Of a DNA stretch of 64,000 nt, positions 8,223-21,004 are shown one piece after another. Under the pieces are notes generated by a model that ran no database searches, was not told the origin of the DNA, and saw only the letters and a program-made list of their open reading frames with translations. How positions within the stretch are numbered: position 1 is the stretch's first letter; every line of letters starts with the position of its first letter. This stretch comes from Leucoraja erinacea (Eukaryota): NCBI RefSeq assembly GCF_028641065.1, contig NC_073395.1, positions 34,038,001-34,102,000 of the forward strand, written 5' to 3'. The translations under genes were made by a program, and so were the position numbers.

Positions 8223-11200
8223 TAAAAAGACAAAAAAGATAGAAAAAGGAAGAAACAAAATCCCCCTAAACTAAAGATAAAAACAAAGGCAAAAAATAAA
8301 TAAATAAAAACAAATCAAAACAGAATCTGAACTGAGAATTTCAACAATTTTAGTCTGTTTGTCGTCAAGTCTGTTCCACTGTATAGAGGTAAAATAGTTT
8401 TTATAACAGTTAGAGAGGGAGCAATTTATGTTGTGTGAAAGTGTTGAATACATTTTCCCCAAGTCTTATCAAATTTAACCAAGGGTTCAATAATGTCACT
8501 TCTGAATTTTTTTTTCTAAATTTAAACATGATATAGTTTCAGAGTACCACTGGAGTGTTGACGGAGGGTTGGAGTCTTTCCATTTAAATAAAATAGATCT
8601 TCTGGCGATTAGTGTGGTAAAGGCAATCAACCGATGGGCGGAGCAGAACAAATGAATAAAATCTATCATTGGTAGCCCAAAAACTGCAGTAATAGGATGA
8701 GGTTGTAAATCTATACCTAAGACTACAGAAATAGTATCAAATATGTATTTCCAATATTTTTTCAAAAGTGGGCAGGACAAAAACATATGGGTCAGCGAGG
8801 CCACTTCAGAGTTACATCTGTCACAGGTAGAATTTATATGACCATAGAAATGAGCTAACTTATCTTTTGACATATGAACTATGTGAACCACCTTGAATTG
8901 TATCAGAGCGTGTCTTGCACACATTGAAGAGGTATTGACTAATTGTAGAATCCTATCCCATTTCTCTATAGATAAAGACATTTGGAGTTCTATTTCCCAG
9001 TCATTCTTAATTTTATCAATTATATCTATTTGTACTTTCAAAATCAACTCGTAAATAGTCATTATTAATCCTTTCTGATAAGGGTTCAAATGTAAAAATG
9101 TTTCCAAATTTTCAGTTTGATGTGGTAGCGGAAAAAATGGTAGCCTTAAAAAAATGTCTAATTTGTAAATATCTAAAAAAGTGTGAATTAGGTAAATTAT
9201 ATTTATTGGACAGTTCTTCGAAAGACATAAAACAACCCTCCAAAAACAAATCATGAAAAGCTACTAATCCCTTCCTCTTCCATAACAAAGAGACTTGATC
9301 AGTACTAGATGGTTGGAAGAGAAAATTGGATAAGATAGGACTCGATAAGATAAAATCATTTAGTCCAAAAAACTTACAAAATTGAAACCATATTCGAAAC
9401 GTATGTCTTATTATTGGGTTAGTCGTATATTTATTCAATCTCGTAATTGTAAAAGGCAACGAGGTCCCTAGAATAGAAGCCAATGATAGCCCTTGTAAGG
9501 AATCACGTTCAAGGTTTATCTATCCTGGGCATTGGGTATCTTCTGCCATATATATGAAGACATTTTGGAATCTATAATATCAAAGCAAGATTTGGCAATA
9601 AAAATTGGTATCATCTGAAATAAATACAGAAATGTATGTAAAATGAACATTTTAATAGCATTGATTCGGCAAATTAAAGATAAGGACATTGGTGACCATT
9701 TAGTAAACTGTTGCTTAATATGGTCAAATAAAGGCATAAAATTAACTTTAAATAAATCCTTGTGTTTCTTGGTGATCTTAATACCTAGATAAGTAAAACA
9801 TTCAGTTAGATAAGTAAAACAGTCAATCTAAGTGGAAACTGTCCATAATTCGAAACTAGATTATTTAATGGAAAAAGCTCACTCTTACTAAGATTTAGTT
9901 TATAACCAGAAAAACGACAAAATTGATTAAGTATTGCTACTATTGCCGGAATAGGTTTCTCAGGGTTAGAAATGAACAATAACAGATCATCTGTATAAAG
10001 AGATAGCTTATGTATCTTATTCCCGTGGACAATACTAAAAATATTAGGGGATTCCCTAATAGCGGTGGCCAAAGGTTCCAAAGCAATATCAAATAGTAAA
10101 GGACTTAAGGGACAGCCCTGTCTAGTACCTCAAAAGAGCCTGAAAAAAGGGTATCTCTGGTTATTAGTAAGTACAGAAGCCTGAGGTATATGATATATCA
10201 GCTTGATCCAAGAAATACATTTTGGACCAATCTTAAATTTTTCAAGTGTATTGAATAAGTATTCCCAAGCTACTCTATCAAACGCCTTCAAATGAAATGA
10301 CACATTCTGGGGTTTTATTTGACGCTGTATATACAATATTCATTAATCTCCTAACGTTAAAGTATAAGTAACGATTTTTAATAAAACTTGTCTGATCTTC
10401 AGAGATAAATTGCGGTAAAATATTTTCCAATCTCATAGCTAATATTTTGGAAATAATTTTGAAATCTACATTTAACAGTGACATAGATGTCACTTCAGTA
10501 GGGTCTTTATCTTTTTTAAGGATTAAAGAAATAGATGCTTCATAAAAAGATTGTGGTAATCTATTCCTTAAAAAGGCTTCTTTAAATACCTTGCAAAGCC
10601 AGGGAGACAATAAATTTGAATAATACTTTAAAAATTCTACTGTAAACCCATCTAAACCGGGAGCTTTACCAAAATTCATTGAAATAATTGCTTTCTGTAT
10701 TTCTTCTTCCGTGATGGGTTAATTTGATTTGAAAATTTTTGATTTGATTTGATTTGAAAAATTTATTGTCATTCAAACCTAGGTTTGAACGAAATAATCT
10801 AACAACAGATACTCATTATATGGTAAATTTGGTAAGTTCCGTTTCTTTAAAAACTCATGCATTATATTGGGATCAGTAGGAAATTCTGATTGGTATAGGG
10901 AGGTATAAAATTCCTGAAAGGATTTATTAATTTCATCATGGTCTACAGTTAGTGTACCATCCCGTTTACTCACTTTAGTAATCTGACGGTTAGCCGTCAC
11001 CACTTTCAACTGATTAGCGAGTAATTTACCAGATTTTTCGCCGTGTTTATAAAATTAACTTTTGGTTTTAAGTAGCTGGTTCTCAATCGGTGATTCTAAT
11101 AACAAATCATTATCTCAATTGAAGTTCAACTCTATTCTTAAAGAGCTCTAAACTAGGAGCTTTTGAATATTTTTTATCAATTACTCGTCAGCCAATGTAC

Positions 11201-12070
11201 GTATTTCTTTTTGAGTTTGTTTTTTTAATCCCGCGGAGTATGAAATAATTTGTCCATGAATATATGCCTTAAAAGCATCCCGGACTATACCATTGGATAT
11301 GTCTTCAGTAGAGTTTGTCAAGAAGCAAAAAGCAATCTGATCTTTAATATAATTAATAAAATGTAAGTCTTGATGCAAAGTAGCATCAAATCGCCATTGT
11401 TTAGCACTAAGCTTGGAATCAGGAAGTTTGATTGATAGTTTCAATGTTGCATGATCAGAAATAGCAATTGCATCATACTCACATGCAGTGACCGATGAAA
11501 CTAGCCGAGAATCTATTATAAAGTAGTCAATCCTATAAAAAATATGATATACATGAGAGGAAAAAGAAAATTCTTTGTCATTTGGGTGTAAGAATCTCCA
11601 AACTTCTAACATTTCAGAGTCAAGTAAAAAAGAATTAATAAAACTAGCTGATTTATTTGGAAGCACATGATCGGATGTAGATCTGTCAATCAAGGGTTTC
11701 AGACAGTTGAAATCTCCACCCATTATTAAAAAGTGTTCATTTAAATTAGGAAAGGATGCAATTAACTGTTTAAAAAACCTCAGGGTGATCAATATTTGGT
11801 GCGTAAACATTCACCATAGCAACCTTTTGCTTATAAAGAATCACCAAAAATCTGCCATATGGATCAGAAATTGGTTCATAATGAACAAACAGAATTGAGG
11901 AATAAAAATAGAGACTCCTTTCAACTTAGCCTGTGAATTTGAATGAAACTGCTGTCCTCTCCAAAACTTGAAAAATCGTTGATTGTCATCTTACCTTACA
12001 TGAGTTTCCTGAACAAAGATAATCTGAGCATTTAGTCTGCGAAGAACTTTAAACATTTTTTTCCTCTGGG
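8223..12070 (-). mobile_element. L1/Tx1-clade LINE, ORF2 decayed
   Basis: APE endonuclease (IIFVQETH, GGDFN, RIDYF, SDH), RT (KAPGLDGF, KAFD, LYTDD), C-terminal CxxC..H..C, and T-rich 3' UTR. Many stops and frameshifts. Confidence 0.9.
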
Positions 12071-13400
12071 ATTTTTTTGTGTCTTCCCTAATGAAGACAG
12101 ATCCGAAGTACCTGTTCAACTCTTCTGCCATTTCCTTGTTCCCCATAATAATTTCACCCGTGTCTGCCTTCAAGGGACCCACATTTGACTTTGCTACTCT
12201 TTTTCCCTTAACATATCTAAAGAAGCTTTTACTGTCCTTCTTTATATTCCTGGCTAGCTTCCCTTCGTACGTCATCTTTTCAGCCCGTATTGCCCGTTTT
12301 TGTTTCCTTCTGTTGTCCTTTGAAAGTTTCCCAATCCTCCGGCTTCCGGGTACTCTTGGCTGTGTTATACATCTTTTGAATTAGTTTTATTCTATCCGTA
12401 ACTTCTCTTGTCAGCCACTGTTGCCTCCTACTCCCCTTAGAATCTTTCTTCCTTTTTGGAATGAAATGATCCTGTGTCTTCCGGATTATGCCCAGAAATT
12501 CCTGCCATTGCTGTTCCACCGTCATTCCTGCTAGTATCCCTTTCCAGTCTACCTTGGCCAGCTCCTCTCTCATGCCTTCAAAATCCCCTTTGTTCAGCTG
12601 CCTACCTGCCACTTCCGATTTAACCTTCTTCTCAAATTGCAGATTAAAACTAATCATATTATGATCACTACCTCCAAGCGGTTCCTTTACCTCTTATCAA
12701 ATTTGGTTAATTGAACAACACTAAATCCAGAATTGCCTTTGGTCGGCTCCATTACAAGCTGCTCTAAGAATTCATCTCGGAGGCATTCTACAAACTCTCT
12801 TTCTTGGGGGTCCTGAACCAACCTGATTTTCCCAGTCTACCTGCATATTGAAATCCTCCATCACCATAGTGGCATTACCTTTGTTACATGCCAGTTTTAA
12901 CTCCTGCTGCAACTTACACCCTACACCCGGGCTACTATTTGGGCGTCTGTTGATAACACCAATTAGTGTCTTCTTGCCTTTGCAATTCCTCAACTCAACC
13001 ACAGTGACTTTACCTCGTCAGTCCATTCCTCACCAGAAGAGCTAACCCCACCCCCTCCTCTGCCTACCTCCCTGTCCTTTCTATAGGATGTATAGCACTG
13101 AATATTAAGTTCCCTGACCTGATTCTCCTGCAGCCACGTCTCGGAAATCCCCTCAACGTCATATCTACCAACCTCTAACTGAGCCTGAAGCTCATCTACT
13201 TTACTTCTTATACTTCGCGCATTCAAATACAGTACAGTTAATTCCTTACGCATCTCACCATTCACATTGATCCCTACTACACGCGGCCATACTCTCCTAT
13301 CCCCTTGTGAGCTTTATTTCCTGTTATTTCTGGGGTCAATAACTATCCCTTTACTCCCTTTCCCTTTAACTCCGTCCTTGACTATCCCATTTGACACGAT
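12071..13400 (-). mobile_element. CR1 LINE fragment (endonuclease region), 3' half missing
   Basis: LYLNARSIRSK, ISETWL, DFN, SDH; same subfamily as 26878-29985 and 46815-49540. Confidence 0.9.
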
Positions 13401-13511
13401 TGGAGGAGGGATTTGTAGGTCAGAGGCGGAAGTAGGGGGGTGAGACAGAAGATAGAGTGCGGTGATTGGAGGAGGGAGACGTCCTATGGAGCAAAGATCA
13501 TAGAACGGAGC

Positions 13512-13715
13512 TTGAATCGGCCGGTTCGTGGGGCCTTTCATCGCCTGGCGCGGCTTAAAATCGGCTGTGGGATCTTCCACCGCCCCGTGGTCACATTGCT
13601 GCATCACGGCGATCGAGGCTTCCATTGTTGAAGACTCCGCCGGGCGATGGAAAATCCCGCGGCCGGTTTTAAGCCGTGCCAGGCGATGAAAAGCCCTGCG
13701 AACGGGCCGATTGAA
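13512..13715. repeat. GC-rich inverted repeat with ~75-bp arms
   Basis: 13512-13585 is an imperfect reverse complement of 13641-13715. Confidence 0.8.
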
Positions 13716-13824
13716 GCCCCACGATTCGGGGCGGACAAAGTTGCTGTTGCTGGAGTTCAGAGATGGTCACCAACCAGGTCAGTTGCCGATGTGATTGTCC
13801 ACAGGGCCCACGACCGAAGCCGTG

Positions 13825-14950
13825 TTTTAATTTTTATTGGAAGCAATTGTACAAGAATAAAACATTCGGCATTAAAATTATACAATTATTGTACAGCTTC
13901 AATTTTAACATTTTAACCTGAAAATGAGAGAAAAGAACAAGAGAGGGAAAAAGTGAAAAGATAAGACCCCTAGACTACCAAAGTAGTGGCCAAAGAGTGA
14001 CTAAAGATATAAGAGAGAAAAAAAAGAGAAAAAACACAAAAAGGGAAAAAGAAAAAAAAGAAAAAAGTGTAGATATACCTGCCCCTCGTCCCACCCCGTC
14101 CACCTCACCCAACCCAGAATCAGATTTAAATCCAAATTTGTGTTGCACCATACTATCCATGTAAGAATTCAGTAAAGGGTGTCCATGTATTGAAAAAATG
14201 ATTTGGTTTTTCTGCCAAGATAAGCCTAATATTTTCCAAATGTAATGTCTCGGACATGTTTGTAATCCACATCTTCACAGTAGGGACTAATGTGTGTTTC
14301 CAAAATTTAAGTATTCGTTTTTTCGCCGTTATCAGGCCATAGTTGAGGAAACGTCTTTGAAATAATGTTAGCTCAGAACAGGCTTCTGACGTACCTAGAG
14401 TAATCAATTCCGTGTCGGCATCCAATTTTATTTTAAGTATTTTAGAAAAAACTTCAAAAATTCCTGTTAATTTCTCCTTTCAAAGAGGAATTCACCTCCT
14501 CGATTCGAGCTCGTAGAGTATCAATTTTTCCACAAATTTCTGTTTTCCCAGCATTGAGTTGATCATCAAGTTTTGTTTCTAAGTTTCCAAGCTTTTCAGC
14601 CAACAGTTCTCTAATGTCTTTTACCATAGCCATTCTTAGAGCTTGGTCTTGTTCTTGGGCTTCCATAGTAGAAACAAGTATTTCTTCCTCAGATTCTTCC
14701 TCTTGTGGAGTCTGCCTTCGAGTTCTGTGTTTTCTCAGAGGTGGAGTAGGAAGGTCCCTTTTGTGAGCCCGTCTTTTCATTTAAAATGTCGGTATCACGT
14801 CGATTTCTGATGATGTCACTTGCACGTCGTCGAGCATCTGCCAGTAAGTGTTTTTTCTTCAGTCCGTTTTTATTTTTCAGGTGTTTTAATACGTTTTTTC
14901 GGAGCGGAGCTAAATGGTGCACCTCTTTACACTCCATAGCGTCACCGGAT
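13825..14950 (-). mobile_element. Internally deleted L1-like element (5' UTR, ORF1 start, ORF2 end, 3' UTR)
   Basis: The basic/acidic coiled-coil ORF 14454-14780 abuts an ORF2 tail (LITAKKRILKFWK...W.PF), followed by AATAAA near 13830. Confidence 0.65.
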
Positions 14951-15399
14951 GTTTTGCTAGCGATCTCCGCCCTGGCACCACAGGATCTGAACTAGTAAAG
15001 ATTTGATCGACAGATATGTGAAAGAAACATTCCTTTTTGTTTTAGTCTGGGAGTCATTGGGTAGTCCCACTCTCTCAGCCTGAATCATTAATGGTGACTT
15101 TCTTGAATGAAGAGGATAACAGCAACATCTTCACTGCCTTGTTGTGCTTTCTGTGCTCTATAATACTGTATCACCACCATAGCCAATGACTCACTTTAAT
15201 CTCCTCTGCTGATCAGATTGGATTTCTATTGCTGAGGTTTTCTAGAGCGGTATCTGAATGCAACAGCTGTTCATACGCAAGTGTGAGAATCTTTGTAATG
15301 CACATGTTCCGCCTTGCCTGATAACCAATACTGCTACCTTATAAACCAGTAACTGCTTCCTTATAAAGTCTGGTTAACTCACATAAGTTTGGCAGGATC

Positions 15400-16690
15400 A
15401 GATTGATCCTGGATTAGTGGAAGGCAGTGGAGGCCAATTCACTGGATGTTTTCAAGATGGAGTTAGATTTAGGTCTTGGGCCTAAATGAAACAAGGGATA
15501 TGGGGGGAAAAAGCAGGAAATGGGGTACTGATTTTAGATGATCGAAGGGCCGAATGGCATACTCCCGTACCTATTTTTCTATGTTTCATACTGACGTGGA
15601 TAGAGAATTGGTTGGCAGACAGGAAACATAGAGTAGGGATTAACGGGTCCCTTTCAGAATGGCAGGCAGTGACTAGTGGGGTACCGCAAAGCTCGGTGCT
15701 GGGACCGCAGCTATTTACAATATACATCAATGATTTGGATGAAGGGATGCAAAGTAAATTTGCAGATGACACAACGCTGGGTGGCAGTGTGAACTGTGAG
15801 GAGGATGCTATAAGAATGCAGGGTGACTTGGACAGGTTGGGGGAGTGGGCAGATGCATGGCAGATGAAGTTTAATGCGGATATAATGTGAGGTTATCCAC
15901 TTTGGTAGCAAAAACAGGAAGGTAGATTATTATCTAAATGCAGTCAATTTGGGAAAAGGGGAAGTACAACGGGATCTGGGGGTCCTTGTTTATCAGTCTA
16001 TGGAAGTAAGCATGCAGGTACAGCAGGCAGTGAAGAAAGCGAATGGCATGTTGGCCTTTATAACAAGAGGAAATGAATATAGGAGCAATGAGGTCCTTCT
16101 GCAGTTGTACAGAGCCCTAGTGAGACCACACCTGGAGTATTGTGTGCAATTTTGGTCCCCTAATTTGAGTGAGGACATTCTTGCTATTGAGGGAGTGCAG
16201 CGAAAGTTTACAAGGTTAATTCCCGGGATGGCGGGATTGTCATATGCTGAGCGAATGGAGCAGCTGGGTTTGTACACTCTGGAGTTTAGAAGGATGAGAG
16301 GGAATCTTATTGAAACACATAAGATTGTTAAGGGTTTGGACATGCTAGAGGCAGGAAACATGTTCCCGACGTTGGGGGAGTCCAGAACCAGGGGCCACAA
16401 TTTAAGAATAAGGAGTAAGCCATTTAGAACGGAGATGAGGAAACACTTTTTCTCACAGAGAGTGGTGAGTCTGTGGAAATCTCTGCCTCAGAGGGCAGTG
16501 GAGGCAGGTTCTCTGGATGCTTTCAAGAGAGAGCTAGATAGGGCTCTTAAAAATAGCAGAGTCAGGGGATATGGGGGGAAGGCAGGAACGGGGTACTGAT
16601 TGGGGATGATCAGCCATGATCACATTGAATGGCAGTGCTGGCTTGAAGGGCCGAATGGCCTACTCCGCAACCTATTGTCTAATGTCTATT
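15400..16690 (+). mobile_element. Two tandem CR1 3' fragments
   Basis: SGVPQ.SVLGP, KFADDT, LVRPHLEYCVQFWSP, CR1 3' UTR hairpin (gggccgaatggcc) and short tandem tail. Confidence 0.93.
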
Positions 16691-16935
16691 TGTCTATGTA
16701 TCTTGGAAAGAAGCTAATGCTTTACAGAGACAAAACTATTGACAACAAAGCTTTATTTGGACCAAAGTTAAATATGAACATCATAATATGTGATGAGATG
16801 AATTAATGTAGAGTGAACATTTTTTTAAAATGCTTTAATTTCCTTTGAGAAAATAGACATGTACAAGAAACGGTTGTTGAAAGAGGTTAAATAGAAACAT
16901 TTATTCATACAACCCATTTATCATTCTTCTTTTAG

Positions 16936-17298
16936 TTAAAATCAAAGACTTTGGATCTGGTGAAACCTACGAGGTGTTTGGACGGTTTCATTTGACTTCT
17001 CCTTGGTGGAAAGTGACTGCAAAAATCCATTGTCATCAGAAAAAATGGAAGTTACACGGGTATCCTTCTTATGCTCTCGTGCACCCGGGCCAAAATGGAA
17101 CGAGCATCATCAGCCTTTTCTTAACAAAATGCCGCGTTCACTCAGATTACATAACAACACTTTTTTATTATTTCCCTCGCTTCGACAATCTTCAATTTTC
17201 AAAATTATTCAGCATTTTACAACAAACTGCAGACGAGGGGGAGGATGAAAACAAAAAAGATTTTGCAACCTCCATTATTGCCTCCATATCTAGTTCAG
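16936..17298 (+). CDS. HELB: HELB exon 2
   Basis: ETYEVFGRFHLTSPWWKV...GYPSY...IISLFL resembles HELB (KVFGRFPITGAWWRV). AG/GTAAGT, phase 1-1. Confidence 0.92.
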
Positions 17299-17897
17299 GT
17301 AAGTATGGTTCCCTTTAGTGTACCTTTTTGCCAGTTTTAGCAACATTTTCGATATTCTTATTGTCATTAAATTGTATGAAACTGAAGAATAATAAAACGA
17401 GTATTTATATAAAGTTGCAGCTTATAATAGAATGGCACAGTGGTAGCTTAGTCTGTGAAATTCTCTGCCGAATGGCCTACTCCTGCACCTATTGTCTATT
17501 GTCTATAATACTATTCATACACCTCAGTAGGTTTTTTTTTAAAGGTTCAATGGATGTTTGTAAAATGGAACACATTTCAAATTTACTAAACGCTCAAATT
17601 AATACCATTTAATATAGGTTTTCACATTCATAAAGTTTTTTTTAATAATAAGTTACAACAAATACCATTTCCTGATGATAAATTGGCCAACCCTGTTAAA
17701 GAGATGATCAATTACCACATGGGTATTCCTGTGTGTATAACTTTGGCTAAATAATTAGGTGCACAAGGTGAAGTCTTATTAAATGACCTGGAGGATGTTC
17801 AAAAATGCTGTGGCTACTGTGAATGAAGGAACAAACCTGATGGACTAAATAGCCTATTCCTATTACTAGTATTCCTAGTAATTACTAGGTATTCTGA

Positions 17898-18550
17898 AGG
17901 GCCTGTCCCACTTGGGCGATTTTTCAGCAGACTGCCGGCGACAAGTTCTGCTGAAATACCAGGAACTGGNNNNNNNNNNNNNNNNNNNNNNNNNNNNNNN
18001 NNNNNNNNNNNNNNNNNNNNNNNNNNNNNNNNNNNNNNNNNNNNNNNNNNNNNNNNNNNNNNNNNNNNNNNNNNNNNNNNNNNNNNNNNNNNNNNNNNNG
18101 CAAAGCCAAGGTGATAGAGACACACACCGCGATGAACAGGAAGGTTAAGACGGCTAGCACAGTGCACGGTAAGTCCTTTAAAAGATGGGGGGATGGGGGG
18201 GGGGCGGGGGGGGGTGGGTGGGGGAGACGGGGAGAAGTAGTGGAGACAATTTTAAGAAGCCAGACAACTTTTAACACGCCAGAGATACACAGCTGTGAAG
18301 TTTGGCGGGCATTTAACATTACCGGTCGGTTCTCCTTGGTTCTGAAAACTCGTGCTTTTTTCCCCCCAATGAGCCAATGAAAATGCCCGGTCAGCAAATG
18401 CGATTAACTAAAAGAACCTATGATTAGCTTGACTACCCATAACTACATGGCGACCCCACTATAACTGCACCTACGACTACAACTGCATCTATGGCTACAT
18501 CGATTTTCTCCATGGCGACCAATTTTTGGTCGCAGAAAATTTTCCAACAT
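17898..18550 (-). mobile_element. Harbinger-like non-autonomous element spanning an assembly gap
   Basis: AGGGCCTGTCCCACTT terminus; sequence on both sides of the N run matches 940-1382 in reverse. Confidence 0.6.
17970..18099. other. Assembly gap (130 N)
   Basis: Run of N. Confidence 1.
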
Positions 18551-18663
18551 GTTTTAGTAATGTCACAGGACTGAACTTAATGGGTTGTTATGTTAATGTT
18601 AATTTAACTTAAATATGTGTGTAAAATAACATTTGAAATGTAAGATAATTACTGAGAATTTAG

Positions 18664-18830
18664 TTGAAGGTCAGAATGTGCAGAAGGCTGTGAAGTTCCA
18701 AAGTTTGATGAAGTATCTGCCACAACTTCTGCCACGGCACTTTTTGCGTATTTTGAAGATGGACGACAATAAACTCTGGAGCCTGGATCAGATGATTTGT
18801 ACGGAAATGTGGAAGCTTGGATTCAGTTCT
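18664..18830 (+). CDS. HELB: HELB exon 3
   Basis: MKYLPQLLPRHF...WKLGFS is conserved in HELB. Phase 1-0, GTAAGT donor; the acceptor pyrimidine tract is weak. Confidence 0.9.
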
Positions 18831-18959
18831 GTAAGTTCACTCTCCTCACCCACCTCAGGCATAGTTGTAAATATGGACACCTTCAAAATAACCTATTCAT
18901 TCTTGATTCTGTGTCTTGTTTCTCATCAGGAGCTTAGTTATTGGTTTTCTAGGGTAAAT

Positions 18960-19262
18960 GTTGAATTGTGTAAGAAGGAACTGCAGATGCTGGTTTCAAC
19001 TGAAGTTAACTCCCTCTTAAATATAGCCAATGAACTGGCCTCAACTACCTTCTGTGGCAGAGAATTCCAGAGATTTACCACTCTCTGTGTGAAAAATATT
19101 TTTTTCAACTCGGTCCTAAAAGATTTCCCCCTTATCCTTAAACTGTGACCTCTTGTCCTGGCCTTCTCCAACATCGGGAACACTCTTCCTGCATCTAGCC
19201 TGTCCAACCCCTTAAGAATTTTGTAAGTTTCTATAAGATCCCCCCTCAATCTTCTAAACTCT
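18960..19262 (-). mobile_element. CR1 3' fragment
   Basis: LEFRRLRGDLIETYKI...RVVNLWNSLP. Confidence 0.9.
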
Positions 19263-19664
19263 AGTGACAAGACAATGGAGCAGCAAACTCTCATTAACAA
19301 CATTATTTTTTCATGACGATTTAATTTTTACTTTTAATATCCAATCAGTAGCCAGGTATCTCAGTGGTGATATGATAACTGATTCTACTAATTATTTGCA
19401 AATGGAATTTGTGTAAAATGATGCCATTGCTCAAAGGGCAGTAAAATAGGTAGAACGATAAGTCTATGAGAGTGTGGCAAGAATTGTAGATAAAAATACA
19501 AGAATTAGAGACTGCCCTGAAAATTATCAAGGAAGTTTGTTTAGCCATGTACTGAAAACTGTTGCATCTTATTTTGCTTAAATGGAACACTAAATGGCAC
19601 AAATGGTCTAATTGCAAAAGATTGTTTCATGGTTTAGCTAATAAAATAAATTAATTGTTCCTAG

Positions 19665-20477
19665 ATTCTCACGAAGGAAGTTCGACTTGTTGGTTGTGAA
19701 GCAACCTTGTTGGCTTTTGAAGAAGCTAGTCTTCTGACGACAATTCCAGAGTTACAAAGACACTCTCTTGTTATATATGATAAACTGAAACAAACCTGCT
19801 GGGATAAGGGACACACCTATGTGAATGTTGATGATCTGACTGGATTACGGCCATCTGAGGTCAACATTGAAAGTGAATGGGAATCACTGAATTTTTTGAA
19901 GGAATCAGAGATTATTGTGATTGAAAAGAAGCGGGTGTATCTTCAGCGTTTCTACAACTATGAGAAAGAAATTGCTACCTGTATAAAGGAACTTGTGGAT
20001 AAACCCCCAATGCAAATGCCTGTGTCTGTGAAGGAAGTTCTGAGAGATGCTTTTGTTCAAACCCAGAGCGACTACTTATGGAAGGATAATGAGGTGGATG
20101 ATACAGAACACAGTAAAACCATTAATTTGGATGAAGAGCAGGTCAAAGCTGCCACCATGATGTGTAAAAATCCTGTTACAATTATAAGTGGTAAAGGTGG
20201 TTGCGGAAAGACCACAATTGTCAGTCTCGCCTTCAAGGCAGCAGTTGAAAAAATGAAACGTGCTGAGGATGAAGAACTTTTGCAAGCGTGTGAAGATCTT
20301 GAGCAGGATCAATCTGCTCCTGAAAGCTGGGTTATACCAAAAACTCCGACTACACGTACTGATGGTGTTGAACCAAATGACGACAGCAAAGCAGTTGTGT
20401 TGTTCACTGCACCGACTGGAAAGGCAGCATCTCTTTTAAAGAAAAAAACTGGATTTAATGCTTATACGTTACACCAG
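19665..20477 (+). CDS. HELB: HELB exon 4 (Walker A, motif Ia)
   Basis: ISGKGGCGKTT, FTAPTGKAA, AYTLHQ; 813 bp, phase 0-0. Confidence 0.97.
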
Positions 20478-21004
20478 GTAATTGTTGTTGAGGATATTAT
20501 GGCAGGTAGTTCCACATTTTTATGTGCTCAGCAAGATGTAAATAGTTTACCTTTAAGGGGAGCACATCGTCACCAAGCTGAAGGTTGAAATGCTTTATGC
20601 AAAGGTTGAAATATTGGGCTTTATATGTTTTAGAAATACCTGCGTATTTTAATGTGTATTTTAGATTTGGTCACTGGAGAGTCATTTACAGGAGCAACAA
20701 TTTATGATGTGGAGCGCTCTTTAAAAGCTGTGAAAAGTTGTGTAAGGCAACTTATGATGGTTGCTTAAATGACTGTTGGGTGCCAAGGAATTTTCCTGTA
20801 AAACAGAGTAAAAGTCTTGGCTGTAATTGGTCAAGCTAGCATTAGTGATGTTAACATTTAATTTTTGTCATTTAATATTTGACAAAGGCCATTTAAGTAA
20901 GAAACGTGGCCGGCAAATTCCGGTGAGTTACAAATGGTGGAATGTTTAAACCTCTGTTTGATGGTTGAAAAAATGAAAATGGTGAAGGATGAGAAAGACG
21001 ATGA

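Noticed and set aside
11991-12275. CR1-L1 fusion ORF
   Set aside because: Chance read-through across a junction of two broken LINEs; no sign of a functional gene.
19707-20588. RecD-like or Helitron/viral helicase as a standalone gene
   Set aside because: It is exon 4 of the spliced host HELB gene, with in-phase neighbouring exons.
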